Position numbers and translations under genes: made by a program | Notes under the pieces: generated by a model | Database searches by the model: none | The model's input: the letters and a program-made list of their open reading frames with translations, nothing else | Told to the model about the DNA's origin: nothing | NCBI GenBank assembly: GCA_963753595.1 | Contig: CAVWCX010000027.1 | Span: 1 to 64,000 of the forward strand | DNA from: Candidatus Methanoperedenaceae archaeon | GTDB taxonomy: Archaea > Halobacteriota > Methanosarcinia > Methanosarcinales > Methanoperedenaceae | Direction: 5' to 3' | DNA length: 64,000 bases | In this document: piece by piece, positions 53,124-63,608 of the stretch | Numbering within the stretch: the stretch's first letter is position 1 | Layout of the letters: each line of letters begins with the position of its first letter

Positions 53124-53516
53124 ATGAGTTCAGTTAAAAGCTCTGAAAAGACACAAGACAAGTTAAAAAAAATTGAAATGGGTTTGAAATGTATCAGGGA
53201 CCTGGATCTTCTTGATGACTTTTATGATAAGACCTGGAAAGAGGGGACGGAGAAGTTCTTAGATAAATATGAAGATAAGAAATCATTTTATGATATGCCC
53301 CTGGAAGAAACCGATAATGTCATAGAGAAGGTAACTGAATGGTTCGGGGATGATTACGGGCTGGCTGTTATCGATGGGGAATTCTGGATGGTTGCTGTGG
53401 GCAGCGTAGAAGAAGGCGGCAATAAGTGGTGGTTCAAAATGAGACTCAAAACGGATGATATAGAGACTGCCAGAAAAGTAATTTTGCTGGATAAGTGCCA
53501 TCCGAGGAGATATTGA
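53124..53516 (+). CDS. Hypothetical protein
   Basis: Clean ORF with SD GGGGTGA; co-oriented with the protease gene. Confidence 0.65.
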   Translation: MSSVKSSEKTQDKLKKIEMGLKCIRDLDLLDDFYDKTWKEGTEKFLDKYEDKKSFYDMPLEETDNVIEKVTEWFGDDYGLAVIDGEFWMVAVGSVEEGGNKWWFKMRLKTDDIETARKVILLDKCHPRRY

Positions 53517-53528
53517 AGGGTATTAAGT

Positions 53529-54485
53529 ATGACAAGTTTTGATGAAATGGTTACCGGTGCTGTAGAAAAAGTTATACCGAGTGTTGTGAACATAAGTGAA
53601 GTGAAGTTAATGAAAGACGCTTATCTGCATGTACATCCGGTTCCGGGTGTTGGTTCGGGTTTTATAATAAATAAGGATGGCTTTATACTCACCAATGCCC
53701 ACGTGGTACTGGGTTCACATGAGATAAAAGTGGCACTGGAAGACGGAAGGATATTCCCGGGTGAAATAAGAGGCCTGGACACAATGAAGGATCTTGCAGT
53801 GATCAAGATCGAAGCCAGCAATCTGCCTGTTCCGGGCATCGCAAAAGATAACGACCTGAAAATCGGACAGATGGCAATAGCAATAGGCAGTCCTCTTGGC
53901 CTCGTCGGTGGTCCCACAGTCACAGCAGGTGTTGTAAGCGCTGTGAACCGGTCAATCCAGACAGAGGCAACTTTCATGGAAGGATTGATACAGACAGATG
54001 CTGCTATTAATCCGGGCAACAGCGGAGGTCCGCTGATAAACAGTAAAGGTGCGGTGATCGGAGTGAACAGCGCCGTCATTCCCTTTGCGCAGGGTATTGG
54101 TTTCGCCATACCGATACAGCCTGCTGTAGAAATCGCAGAGCAGTTAATAAAACACGGCGAAATCGTGAGACCATGGATCAGTTTCAATGCCATAGATGTC
54201 AATCCCAAACTGGTTGCATATTATGACCTGCCCACTACTAAGGGAGTAGTCATTACTGATGTGGTAAAACGAAGCGAAGCTGATAAATCAGGTATAGAGA
54301 TAGCAGATATCTTGATCCGGATGGATGAAACAGAAATAAATAATGTTAGAGACCTGATCAAAGTTCTCAATAAACATAAAGTGGGTGACAAAGTAACTAT
54401 GGAATTCTTCAGGGGACACGAGAAAGTAAAGCTCAAGACAGTCCTTGAAAAGGCGCCGTCCATGAAGCGCCCACCTGCGACCTGA
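53529..54485 (+). CDS. HtrA/DegP-like serine protease with PDZ domain
   Basis: GSGFI, TNAHV, DLAV, QTDAAINPGNSGGPL, C-terminal PDZ. Confidence 0.92.
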   Translation: MTSFDEMVTGAVEKVIPSVVNISEVKLMKDAYLHVHPVPGVGSGFIINKDGFILTNAHVVLGSHEIKVALEDGRIFPGEIRGLDTMKDLAVIKIEASNLPVPGIAKDNDLKIGQMAIAIGSPLGLVGGPTVTAGVVSAVNRSIQTEATFMEGLIQTDAAINPGNSGGPLINSKGAVIGVNSAVIPFAQGIGFAIPIQPAVEIAEQLIKHGEIVRPWISFNAIDVNPKLVAYYDLPTTKGVVITDVVKRSEADKSGIEIADILIRMDETEINNVRDLIKVLNKHKVGDKVTMEFFRGHEKVKLKTVLEKAPSMKRPPAT

Positions 54486-54514
54486 TAAATCTTCATGCAG
54501 CCCTGTTCGATAAA

Positions 54515-56546
54515 CTAGACGCTGCTCGCAGATTGGCTGAGGACTTTCCCGACAGCATCGAAAGCCTCTTCAAGCTCAGAGAAATTTGGTATGGACGCAT
54601 CTCTCAGTACACGCACGCCACTTTTCATACTATCGCCCCAAGTAAGCATCGACGATCATTTTTTCAGTATTGAAAATCTATTATCCAGGGGAAAGATGAG
54701 CGGTCAGAACAACTGAAGGGACGCAACAACGAATGCGATATCCCAGAAATACTGGTGATGGATGATCAAATCAAATAGACGAGCATATCTGTCTACCTGG
54801 GCATCTCTAACAATATAGATAGGGTTCTCATGACTACACTCCTCTGTAAGGAAGGTATAAAGTTCATCAATTAATTCTTTTGTAAGTTCAACGACTTCAA
54901 TGCCGTACATTTGTGCATAATACGAGGCCAGAACTGCAAAACCTCCCGCATTGGATATGACAATTGCTCTTTTTCCTTTTGGATAATCCTCTGAAGCCAG
55001 GAGCTCGCCTATCTGGAATGCCTCTCTCAGGGAATGAGCAGAAATGACATCAACCTGCCTGAATGCGGCTATGTAAACCTCATAACTTACTGCAAGAGAA
55101 CCAGTGTGGGATGATGCAGCCTTTTGTACTCTCTTAGACGAACCTGATTTTATCGCTATAATATGTTTTTTCTTTGATATTTCCTTAACGACTTTCATGA
55201 ATTCTCTGCCATTCCTTATCTCTTCAATGTAGAGAATTATGGTACTGGTATCATCATCCTCTCCGGCAAATTTCAGGAATTCATCAAAGCCCAGATCTGC
55301 CTGGTTGCCCACACTTATGACAGCTGAAAGCTCCCTATCTTCCTGAAGGCTCCAGTCAACTACCGTGGTGATAATAGCGCCACTTTGCGAAATGAATGCA
55401 AGATGTCCGGGCTTTGGGGATACCGGATCAAATGTAGCATTTATCTCTTTATGCGGAAGAATGATCCCCAGGCAGTTCGGACTAACCATCCTGATGCCAT
55501 ATTTTTCTGCAATCTGTAAAACCTTATTTTCAAGAATTCGTCCCTCCTCGCTGATTTCCCTGAAGCCTGCGGAAATGACAATCGCCAGTTTTACACCCTT
55601 GGTACCTGCTTCTTCCAGAACTTCAGACACTATTGCAGCACAAACTGTTATGATCACGGCATCAACCTGGCGGAACCGCTGCCAGGGATGGAAATATTTC
55701 ATGCCTGAGTGTTTCTTTTCCTTTTGGATTCACGGCATATAATTTGCCTGGAAAGTCCAGCAAATTCCTGAAAACAGCGTAGCCGATCTTATTTGGATCA
55801 GGAGAGGCCCCGATAACTGCGATAGATCCAGGATAAAAAATCTGTGCAAGGATTTCCTTTTCAACTTTTTCCTGGATTTTTATATTTTCATCACTTTCAT
55901 AAATTTTTGCATCGACTGCACATGCCCCATTTTCGTATAATATCAATGGGTTAATATCAAATTCAACCAGTTTTTGACTCTCATAAAAAAGTTTGGATAT
56001 TTTGCCATATTATCTCAACTAGAGCTTTTTCATCCAAAGGTGGCTCATCGCTGTAACCTTGATCGGGCTGTAAGCATTTATTTCCCGTATCATCTTTTGT
56101 ATTTCTTCTTTTTCTATCGGAAGCACCTTTATTGAAACATCCTTTAAAAGTTCAACAAGTTTTCCTCGCAGCCCAAAAGTAGTGACTTTCCCAAATGTGG
56201 GGTCGGTTTTCCCGCCGATTATCAATTCTAATCCCGAAGGCATCTGCTTTTCGATGATTATACCTTTTATTTCCGCATTGGGAACCTTTTCCTTCACGCT
56301 CTGCATTATCTTTTCAAAAGAATTCTTAGCCTCCTCCTTATTTTTTACTCCGATTACTACTCCACCCGCGTCACTTTTATGAATGACCTGCGGAGAAACA
56401 ATTTTCATTGCGACTGGGTAGCCAATTTCTTCTGCGGCCTCTACAGCTTCATCAGTATTCTTTGTAATTTTGTGTTACGGAACAGGGATCTCATATTTTT
56501 TGAGTAAATCATATCCTTCAGCCTCGCTTAACATCCTTTTTTCCAT
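54515..56546 (-). pseudogene. ADP-forming acetate-CoA ligase (beta-alpha fusion), multiply disrupted
   Basis: MEKRMLSEAEGYDLL..PVP with in-frame TAA; KIVSPQVIHKSDAGGV; SIAVIGAS; PNCLG; SQSG; SHTGSLA; several frameshifts and short deletions. Confidence 0.85.
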
Positions 56547-56763
56547 AATTCACCTTCCAGGATGTGCTTTTATCCACCTGGCAATGCCGCCGGCGTCACC
56601 TGCGAAGAAGGCGCGTTCATACAACCTGAAATGGATAACGAGATAAAAATGGCTATAAATATAATTTTGTATGATCTTTTGATATTTCTCATACTAACCT
56701 CCATATGATAATTAATTTCAAGTTCTATTTAAAACCATCTGTCTATCCAGGACCATGTTCATA

Positions 56764-57873
56764 TTATTCCAATAATTGTATCGCGCGCATGAGATCAGTC
56801 CTTGAGACTATACCTGAAATTTTCTCGCCTTTTTTAACTATGATACGGCCAATGTTATTCACTGTCATAAGTCTAAATGCGTTTACTGCATCATCATCTT
56901 CCTGAAGGCTTATGATATTTTTATTCATTACCTGCGACACTTTAATGACTTTCCTTTCATCTTTGGGGACTTTTTGTGCATCCGCAAATGTCACCACGCC
57001 CTTCAACTGCCCATTATCTACAACCGGATACCCCATATGTTTGAACCTGAATATATATTCCACAAGCTCTTCAACAGACATTCCAGAAGTTACGGTCTGA
57101 ACTTCTTTTGACATAATGTCTTTTATTTTAACACCCTCAAGAATCAAATTTATCTCTGTGGATTTTTCTTCTTCGGAAGCACCTATGTAAATAAAGAATG
57201 CGATCAGCATAAACCAGATGTTGTAGAATAATCCGAAAATCCCCATAAAGATGGCAAACATCTTTCCTATACCTGCTGCTTCCCGTGTGGCTTTGATATA
57301 AGACATCCGTTCTGCAAGCCATGCCCTGAGCACCCTGCCCCCATCCATGGGAAATGCAGGAAGGAGGTTAAAGATGCCAAGTACGATATTTAATACTGCT
57401 AGCATCCAGACAAGACGAAGATATGGATCGTTTATCGGGCTTAAGAATAAATAATCTCCAAAAGATTCACCGGCGGGTTTGAAAAACGAGTATATTATTA
57501 TTAATATTAAACCGATCAAAAAACTGACACCTGGCCCTGCCATAGCCATTTTCAATTCAGTCCTGGGATCTCTTGGGATCTCATCCAGGGACGAGACGCC
57601 TCCAAAAAGGAAAAGTGTTATATTCTTGATGTTGGTTCCGTGTTTTTTAGCTATATATGAATGTCCCAGCTCATGCAATACTACGCAAATAAAAAGTGAA
57701 ACTGCTGCAGCGAACGAAAGAACATACTGAAGTGGGAAAACCTGGTCGCTAAAACCCAACCTTGGAGGTGTGAGTGCAAAACTCCATGCAAAGAACGGCA
57801 AAATCAGAAGAAACGTTATGTGCACTTTGATCGGTATACCCATTATTTTCCCTATTTGAAACGAAGTTTTCAT
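56764..57873 (-). CDS. Site-2 protease (M50) with CBS pair
   Basis: HELGH, NLLPAFPMDGGR, two C-terminal CBS domains. Confidence 0.93.
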   Translation of the reverse strand: MKTSFQIGKIMGIPIKVHITFLLILPFFAWSFALTPPRLGFSDQVFPLQYVLSFAAAVSLFICVVLHELGHSYIAKKHGTNIKNITLFLFGGVSSLDEIPRDPRTELKMAMAGPGVSFLIGLILIIIYSFFKPAGESFGDYLFLSPINDPYLRLVWMLAVLNIVLGIFNLLPAFPMDGGRVLRAWLAERMSYIKATREAAGIGKMFAIFMGIFGLFYNIWFMLIAFFIYIGASEEEKSTEINLILEGVKIKDIMSKEVQTVTSGMSVEELVEYIFRFKHMGYPVVDNGQLKGVVTFADAQKVPKDERKVIKVSQVMNKNIISLQEDDDAVNAFRLMTVNNIGRIIVKKGEKISGIVSRTDLMRAIQLLE

Positions 57874-57931
57874 GAGATTCCTCCACAGGTTTTAAGCGAA
57901 TACGATAGATCGTTAATCTTTAACATTCCAA

Positions 57932-59323
57932 CTATTTCGCTTCATTTATTTTCTTTTTAAGGTCATTTGCAGCAATCAAAATCGGATCCCATACAGGTGC
58001 AAATGGGGGCGCATAACTCAAATCAAGGTCCCCCATATCTTCCACAGTCATTTTAGCTGCAATAGCCGTTGCAAAAACATCTATTCTCTTTGAAATACCC
58101 TCCCTGCCGACCATTTCGGCTCCGAGAATCCGGCCAGTGTTCATTTGGGCAATTAGCTTGACCCATATCTTACTGCCATCAGGATAATAATGAGCTCTCG
58201 AATTCTGCTCAACCACATTGGATATAAAATTGAAACCTTCTCTTTGCGCTTCTATTCCGGAAAGACCCGTCCTTGCAACTTCGAGGTCAAAGACCTTTAA
58301 GACGGCAGTTCCAACGATCCCTTTGAACGAAGCATTCCCACCTGCCATATTTTCTCCTGCTACTTTCCCCTGCTTGTTCGCAGTGGTTCCAAGGGGAATA
58401 TAAACCTGTCTTTCAAGGACTTGATGATAAGCCATTGCACAATCCCCGGCTGAATAGATGCCGGGAACATTCGTCTCCATCCGTTGATTGACTTTGATCG
58501 CTCCTGTGTGTTCGTCTGTTTCGATCCCTGCCTCCTTTGCAATCTCGGAATTTGGCCTCGTACCAATGCTGACAATTACAATATCAACATTGATCGACTC
58601 ACCGTTGTCTAAAATCGCTTCACTGACATAACCATTTTTACTGGTGAATTCCTTCACCGATGCGGATTTAAGGAGCTTGACTCTGTTTCTTCCAAGTCCT
58701 TCCTCTACTATTTTGGTAATTTCCTCATCCATAGTTCCCAAAATATTCGGCTCTCTTTCAGCTATTGTGATATCCATCCCTGTCATTGCAAGTGCTTCTG
58801 CCATCTCCATCCCGATATGGCCGGCACCAATGATAAGAGCTCTTTTGGGAGCATTTTTCCGGATAAATTCTTTTGTTTCGATCCCATCTTGAAGTGTCTT
58901 TATAGTGAAAATCCCTTTGATCTCAATTCCTTTGATCTGTGGCACAAAGGCCCTTGCACCTGTTGTGATCACGAGCATATCATATTGATATTCGTTCTGT
59001 GCTCCAGTATTTCGGTTTTTAACAAGTACAGATCGTTTTGCCGGGTATATTTCAACTACTTCATGATAGAGAAATACATCGATGTTTCTTTCTTCTTTAA
59101 AGAATTTTGAATCATGGGCAACAAGATCTTCCGGAGATTTAATTAAATCCGATATTAGGTACGGCAAGCCACAGGCACCATAGGAAATATAACCACTTTT
59201 TTCAAATACAAGTATCTCAATATCAGAACTCAGTTTTCGTGCTTTACTCGCTGCGCTCATCCCGGCAGCAACGCCGCCAATTACCACAATGCGCTTACCG
59301 GATTTTAGTGATTCGAAGGACAT
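57932..59323 (-). CDS. CoA-disulfide reductase / NADH oxidase family
   Basis: GGVAAG, SYGACGLPY, GAGHIG.E, AGDC, LSYAPPF. Confidence 0.9.
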   Translation of the reverse strand: MSFESLKSGKRIVVIGGVAAGMSAASKARKLSSDIEILVFEKSGYISYGACGLPYLISDLIKSPEDLVAHDSKFFKEERNIDVFLYHEVVEIYPAKRSVLVKNRNTGAQNEYQYDMLVITTGARAFVPQIKGIEIKGIFTIKTLQDGIETKEFIRKNAPKRALIIGAGHIGMEMAEALAMTGMDITIAEREPNILGTMDEEITKIVEEGLGRNRVKLLKSASVKEFTSKNGYVSEAILDNGESINVDIVIVSIGTRPNSEIAKEAGIETDEHTGAIKVNQRMETNVPGIYSAGDCAMAYHQVLERQVYIPLGTTANKQGKVAGENMAGGNASFKGIVGTAVLKVFDLEVARTGLSGIEAQREGFNFISNVVEQNSRAHYYPDGSKIWVKLIAQMNTGRILGAEMVGREGISKRIDVFATAIAAKMTVEDMGDLDLSYAPPFAPVWDPILIAANDLKKKINEAK

Positions 59324-59416
59324 TCTTATCTCCCTTGCTTCTGCTTAAGTTTTGCAGCATAAATATTTTTCTATCATCCTGAAATACGAAATTCATAGTC
59401 AAGAACCTTAAAAAAG

Positions 59417-59446
59417 CAGCGAACTAATACAAACTGAAACGAACTC
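59417..59446. repeat. Three 10-bp periodic units related to the 48224 element
   Basis: cagcgaact-aatacaaact-gaaacgaact. Confidence 0.5.
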
Positions 59447-59512
59447 CCGATGCATCTTTAAGTATTCACCCGGACCGATCCAATTCTATCAGTATCATTA
59501 TGAAAATCAGTA

Positions 59513-59595
59513 TGCGGGGAATGGGATTTGAACCCACGAACTCCTGCGAGACAGGATCTTAAGTCCTGCACCTTTGGCCGCTTGGTTATCCCCGC
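59513..59595 (-). tRNA. tRNA-Leu(TAA), long variable arm, no encoded CCA
   Basis: GCGGGGATAACCAAGCGGCCAAAGGTGCAGGACTTAAGATCCTGTCTCGCAGGAGTTCGTGGGTTCAAATCCCATTCCCCGCA. Confidence 0.95.
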
Positions 59596-59686
59596 ACAAG
59601 GGAAGTGACGTTAAATATCCCTTGGGTTACTTTAAACTAACGCCTGATTCGGCATAATTATGTATAATCCCTTTCTATTATTGTCC

Positions 59687-60685
59687 ATGTCCTTTGTCAC
59701 CTTCTCGCGAAATGTATTCATTCCTCTCACCAATGTCTGCAGGAACAAATGCGGATACTGCGGATTCAGGCGCGAAATAGGGCATCCTGAAGCAAAACTT
59801 CTTTCACCAGGCGAGATAAAGGATATTCTTTTAAAAGGCGCGCGCGCCGGGTGCTCTGAGGCGCTTTTCACATTTGGTGAGCGTCCTGGGGAAGTTCCCG
59901 GGTTCAGGGAATGGCTCCGGGATCTTGGCTATGGGAATATTATCGATTATCTTCTCGACATGTGCAAACTTTCTATCAGACTTGGCCTTTTACCTCACAG
60001 CAATCCCGGGATACTTGAAAAGCCGGAATTTGAAAAATTAAAACCATATAATGCCAGCATGGGACTGATGCTTGAGACCCTTGCCGATATCAAAGGGCAT
60101 GAGGGATGTGCCGGAAAGAACCCCGTATCCCGGATAAAGACCATTGAATATGCAGGAGAACTCAAAATCCCGTTCACTACCGGGATTCTCGTGGGGATAG
60201 GTGAAACATGGGACGAAAGGGTGCGCTCGATCAGTAAAATAAAAGAATTGCATGAAGAATTCGGACATATCCAGGAAGTCATAATCCAGAATTTCATCCC
60301 AAAACCAGGGACTAAAATGTCTTCATGTGCCTCTGTGGGATTAGATGAGATGATACGGACGGTAAAGATGGCACGTGAGCTACTCCCTTCGGACATAACC
60401 ATACAGGTGCCGCCCAATCTTATTCCACCGCGGGAATTAGTGAAATGCGGCGCAAGCGATCTTGGGGGCATATCTCCTGAAACCATTGATTTTATTAATC
60501 CTGAGGCGCCCTGGCCAAATTATCTTGAATTACAGGCAATGGTGGACGTTCCCCTTCGCGAACGCCTGCCCATATATCCCCGATATATAAGAAAAGGATG
60601 GTACAGCGACAAGATCAAAGATATATTGAGCAGTCTTTCTGACGCAGAAGGATTTAGGAAAACTTATAAGCAAGTATCTCCTTAA
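59687..60685 (+). CDS. cofG: FO synthase subunit 1
   Basis: VTFSRNVFIPLTNVCRNKCGYC, LPHSNPG, NASMGLMLE, IPFTTG, QVPPNL, DLGGISP. Confidence 0.94.
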   Translation: MSFVTFSRNVFIPLTNVCRNKCGYCGFRREIGHPEAKLLSPGEIKDILLKGARAGCSEALFTFGERPGEVPGFREWLRDLGYGNIIDYLLDMCKLSIRLGLLPHSNPGILEKPEFEKLKPYNASMGLMLETLADIKGHEGCAGKNPVSRIKTIEYAGELKIPFTTGILVGIGETWDERVRSISKIKELHEEFGHIQEVIIQNFIPKPGTKMSSCASVGLDEMIRTVKMARELLPSDITIQVPPNLIPPRELVKCGASDLGGISPETIDFINPEAPWPNYLELQAMVDVPLRERLPIYPRYIRKGWYSDKIKDILSSLSDAEGFRKTYKQVSP

Positions 60686-60700
60686 ATCTGCAAAATTCTG

Positions 60701-61801
60701 GTGGTTAATATTCAAAAATTGCAGACCAAACAGGAATTACGAAACATTATTAATGACAGAACAGAACGCATCGAGGCAGGGAACTGTACTGTTGATGATG
60801 CATTTGCGCTTTTAAATAATCCGGATATTTTATTTTCTCTTGCTGACAGGCTCCGGAAAAAAGCCGTAGGGGACAAAGTTACATACGTCATTAACAGGAA
60901 CATAAATTTTACGAACATGTGCGTCGGTACATGCAAATTCTGCGCATTCAAGAAAGAGAAAGGCTATATTATGTCGATCCCTGAAATTCTTGAAAAAACA
61001 AGAGCGGCTGCAAAAATAAATGCAACCGAGGTATGTATCCAGGGAGGACTTCTTCCTGACTGGGATGTTTTTAATTACTGCGACATACTTGAAAATATCA
61101 AGAATGAATTCCCTGATATGCATATCCATGCTTTTTCTCCAATGGAAGTATATCATGCTTCGCAAAACAGCAATATGAGTTATAAGGAAACACTCTCACA
61201 TTTGAAAAGTTCAGGTCTTGGCTCTATGCCGGGAACAGCCGCTGAAATACTTGTTGACCGTGTAAGAGAAGAGATCTGCCCTGATAAACTTACAACTCAT
61301 GAATGGATAGATGTAATAAAGACCGCTCATAATTCAGGGATACCCACCACTGCAACAATTATGTATGGGCATATTGAGACAATGCAGGAACGGATCGAAC
61401 ATATAATGTTAATAAAAGATATCCAGAAAAAAACAAGCGGATTCACTGAATTTGTGCCGCTTCCTTTTATGTCTTCCAATAATATCCTTGGAATTGGAAA
61501 AAGCGTTTCCCACGGAATTGAAGATTTGAAATTACATGCTCTTGCCAGGGTAATTCTTTATCCGTATGTCAGGAATATCCAGGTAAGCTGGGTGAAACTT
61601 GGCAGGGAACTTGCACAGAAAGCCCTGACATGCGGAGCGAACGACCTTGGGGGGACATTGATGGAAGAAAAGATATCAAAGAGCGCAGGGTCAATAAGTG
61701 GTGAATATATGGCGCCTTTTGAGTTTGAGGGATTGATACGACAAATGAACCGGCTCCCGCAACAGAGGGATACTCTTTACAAACCGGTCAGTGTTGCATA
61801 A
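60701..61801 (+). CDS. cofH: FO synthase subunit 2
   Basis: NRNINFTNMCVGTCKFCAF, MPGTAAEIL, QVSWVKLG, GANDLGGT; adjacent to cofG. Confidence 0.92.
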   Translation: MVNIQKLQTKQELRNIINDRTERIEAGNCTVDDAFALLNNPDILFSLADRLRKKAVGDKVTYVINRNINFTNMCVGTCKFCAFKKEKGYIMSIPEILEKTRAAAKINATEVCIQGGLLPDWDVFNYCDILENIKNEFPDMHIHAFSPMEVYHASQNSNMSYKETLSHLKSSGLGSMPGTAAEILVDRVREEICPDKLTTHEWIDVIKTAHNSGIPTTATIMYGHIETMQERIEHIMLIKDIQKKTSGFTEFVPLPFMSSNNILGIGKSVSHGIEDLKLHALARVILYPYVRNIQVSWVKLGRELAQKALTCGANDLGGTLMEEKISKSAGSISGEYMAPFEFEGLIRQMNRLPQQRDTLYKPVSVA

Positions 61802-62045
61802 AGATTTTTTAACATAATACATTTTTTATAAAAGTTTAGGGTATAATATTAAACCGGGTTTTTTCGCCCAAACTTAAATCTCATGTATATAATTATGATG
61901 ATTTTATACATGTAAAGATGAGTCTTCCCTTAGTGAGTCTAATTTTTTTTCGCATCTATTAATTATAAATACTTTTCTTATATACAATATATTAAAACGG
62001 AAGATTTATATTTAATGAATACATTTAAAGCCTTGGTGAAATATT

Positions 62046-62420
62046 ATGAAAAGTCTTTCAGTTAATGTTCTTGACAAAGCGGATGAAGAATTTGCCGATA
62101 CACTTATTGAGCTGGGATTAAAACGAAATGTTGCAAAAGTACTTACTTATTTAAAAAACGTTAAAGATGTAACTTCCAGGGATCTTGAAATGGGCTCCGA
62201 TCTAAGACAACCTGAGGTCAGCATTGCGATGCGGGAACTTGAGGAACTGGGCTGGATAGCAGAAAGAGAGGAGAAAAAACCCGGAAAAGGCAGACCATAT
62301 AAGATCTATCAGCTAAAAACACATATTGAATCCATAATTGAACATCTTGAAACACAGAAGAAAAAAGAATCACAGGCCATGATGGCAAGCATAAAGCGCT
62401 TAAAAGAACTGACCAAATAA
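62046..62420 (+). CDS. Winged-HTH transcriptional regulator
   Basis: LRQPEVSIAMREL...GKGRP. Confidence 0.85.
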   Translation: MKSLSVNVLDKADEEFADTLIELGLKRNVAKVLTYLKNVKDVTSRDLEMGSDLRQPEVSIAMRELEELGWIAEREEKKPGKGRPYKIYQLKTHIESIIEHLETQKKKESQAMMASIKRLKELTK

Positions 62421-62425
62421 AAACC

Positions 62426-62465
62426 TCCCCAAAAATGGGGACTTCTTTTCTTTTTTTTATTTTTA
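62426..62465 (+). terminator. Hairpin followed by a T-tract
   Basis: TCCCC-AAAAAT-GGGGA followed by long T runs. Confidence 0.5.
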
Positions 62466-62513
62466 AGTTGAAGGCATAAGAACTATCTTTTGGGTGGATA
62501 ATCAAGAATATCC

Positions 62514-63596
62514 ATGCATTACCACATAATCCTTACAAAAGAATGCAACCTCAAATGCGAATATTGCGGAGGTGGGAGCGATTCATTACCCAAAGAGATC
62601 CAGTACTCAATAGATGATCTTAAAAAGTTTATATCCCTTGATAAAAAACCAATACTTGAATTCTATGGGGGTGAACCTCTCCTTCGCATTGGAACTATGG
62701 AACAGATCATGGATTCATTGCCTGCAGGATTTGTTATCCAGACGAACGGTCTTCTCCTTAATAAACTAAAACCACATTATTTAAAAAAGTTCCATTCGAT
62801 CCTTGTATCGATCGATGGAACAAAGGATGTGACAGACAGGGCGCGCGGAAATGGAGTCTATGACCGGATCATGGATAACATAAAGCTCATCCGGCAAATG
62901 GGGTATGAAGGAGACCTTGTCGCAAGGATGACTGTGGCGCAGGGCACTGATATTTATGAAAATGTCTTGCATCTTCTTACCCGGCCGGAATTTGACCATG
63001 TTCACTGGCAGCTGGATTTTGAAATGTTCTGGGAAGCATGGGAGCATACAGTGCCCGGACTTACTGAGTGGATCATCTCTTATAATTCCGGGATATCTTC
63101 ACTTATTAAATGGTGGGTGTCCGGGATGGAGCGGACTGGCCAGGTTGCCGGCATCGTACCATTTATCGGTATAATGAATTCTCTTCTTAATGGTACGGAC
63201 TCACGCCTCAGGTGCGGCTCAGGGATTGATTTTTTTACAATAATGCCAGACGGCAGGATTTCTGCCTGTCCGGTTTCAATTGATTTTGATTTTTCGGTAA
63301 TAGGCTCAATATATAATGATGCTCCGTCGTCCCTCCCGGAGAAATCAAAGGTTGGTGAACCCTGCACATCATGCGAAATTTTTAAAGTCTGCGGGGGGAG
63401 ATGCCTTTTTGTGAACCGGTCGCAGGAACTGCTAAGAGAAAATGGATATTCAATGATATGCAGCACCGTTCGACACCTGGTAAAGGAATTGCAGGAGGCT
63501 TTGCCGCAAATTCAGGAGCTTATTTACGCTGGAGTTATTGAAAGATCGGATTTTGATTATCCGGAATTCAATAATGGGTGCGAGATCATACCCTGA
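62514..63596 (+). CDS. Radical SAM/SPASM protein (AF0577/TIGR04084-like)
   Basis: CNLKCEYC, FYGGEP, SIDG, SPASM CGSG..CP..CTSC...CGGRC..C, terminal EIIP. Confidence 0.85.
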   Translation: MHYHIILTKECNLKCEYCGGGSDSLPKEIQYSIDDLKKFISLDKKPILEFYGGEPLLRIGTMEQIMDSLPAGFVIQTNGLLLNKLKPHYLKKFHSILVSIDGTKDVTDRARGNGVYDRIMDNIKLIRQMGYEGDLVARMTVAQGTDIYENVLHLLTRPEFDHVHWQLDFEMFWEAWEHTVPGLTEWIISYNSGISSLIKWWVSGMERTGQVAGIVPFIGIMNSLLNGTDSRLRCGSGIDFFTIMPDGRISACPVSIDFDFSVIGSIYNDAPSSLPEKSKVGEPCTSCEIFKVCGGRCLFVNRSQELLRENGYSMICSTVRHLVKELQEALPQIQELIYAGVIERSDFDYPEFNNGCEIIP

Positions 63597-63608
63597 AGAA
63601 GCACATAA

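Noticed and set aside
46800-59595. Genomic island integrated at tRNA-Leu
   Set aside because: No integrase and no clear duplication of the tRNA 3' end; gcgggaatggga near 10968 is too short and distant to count
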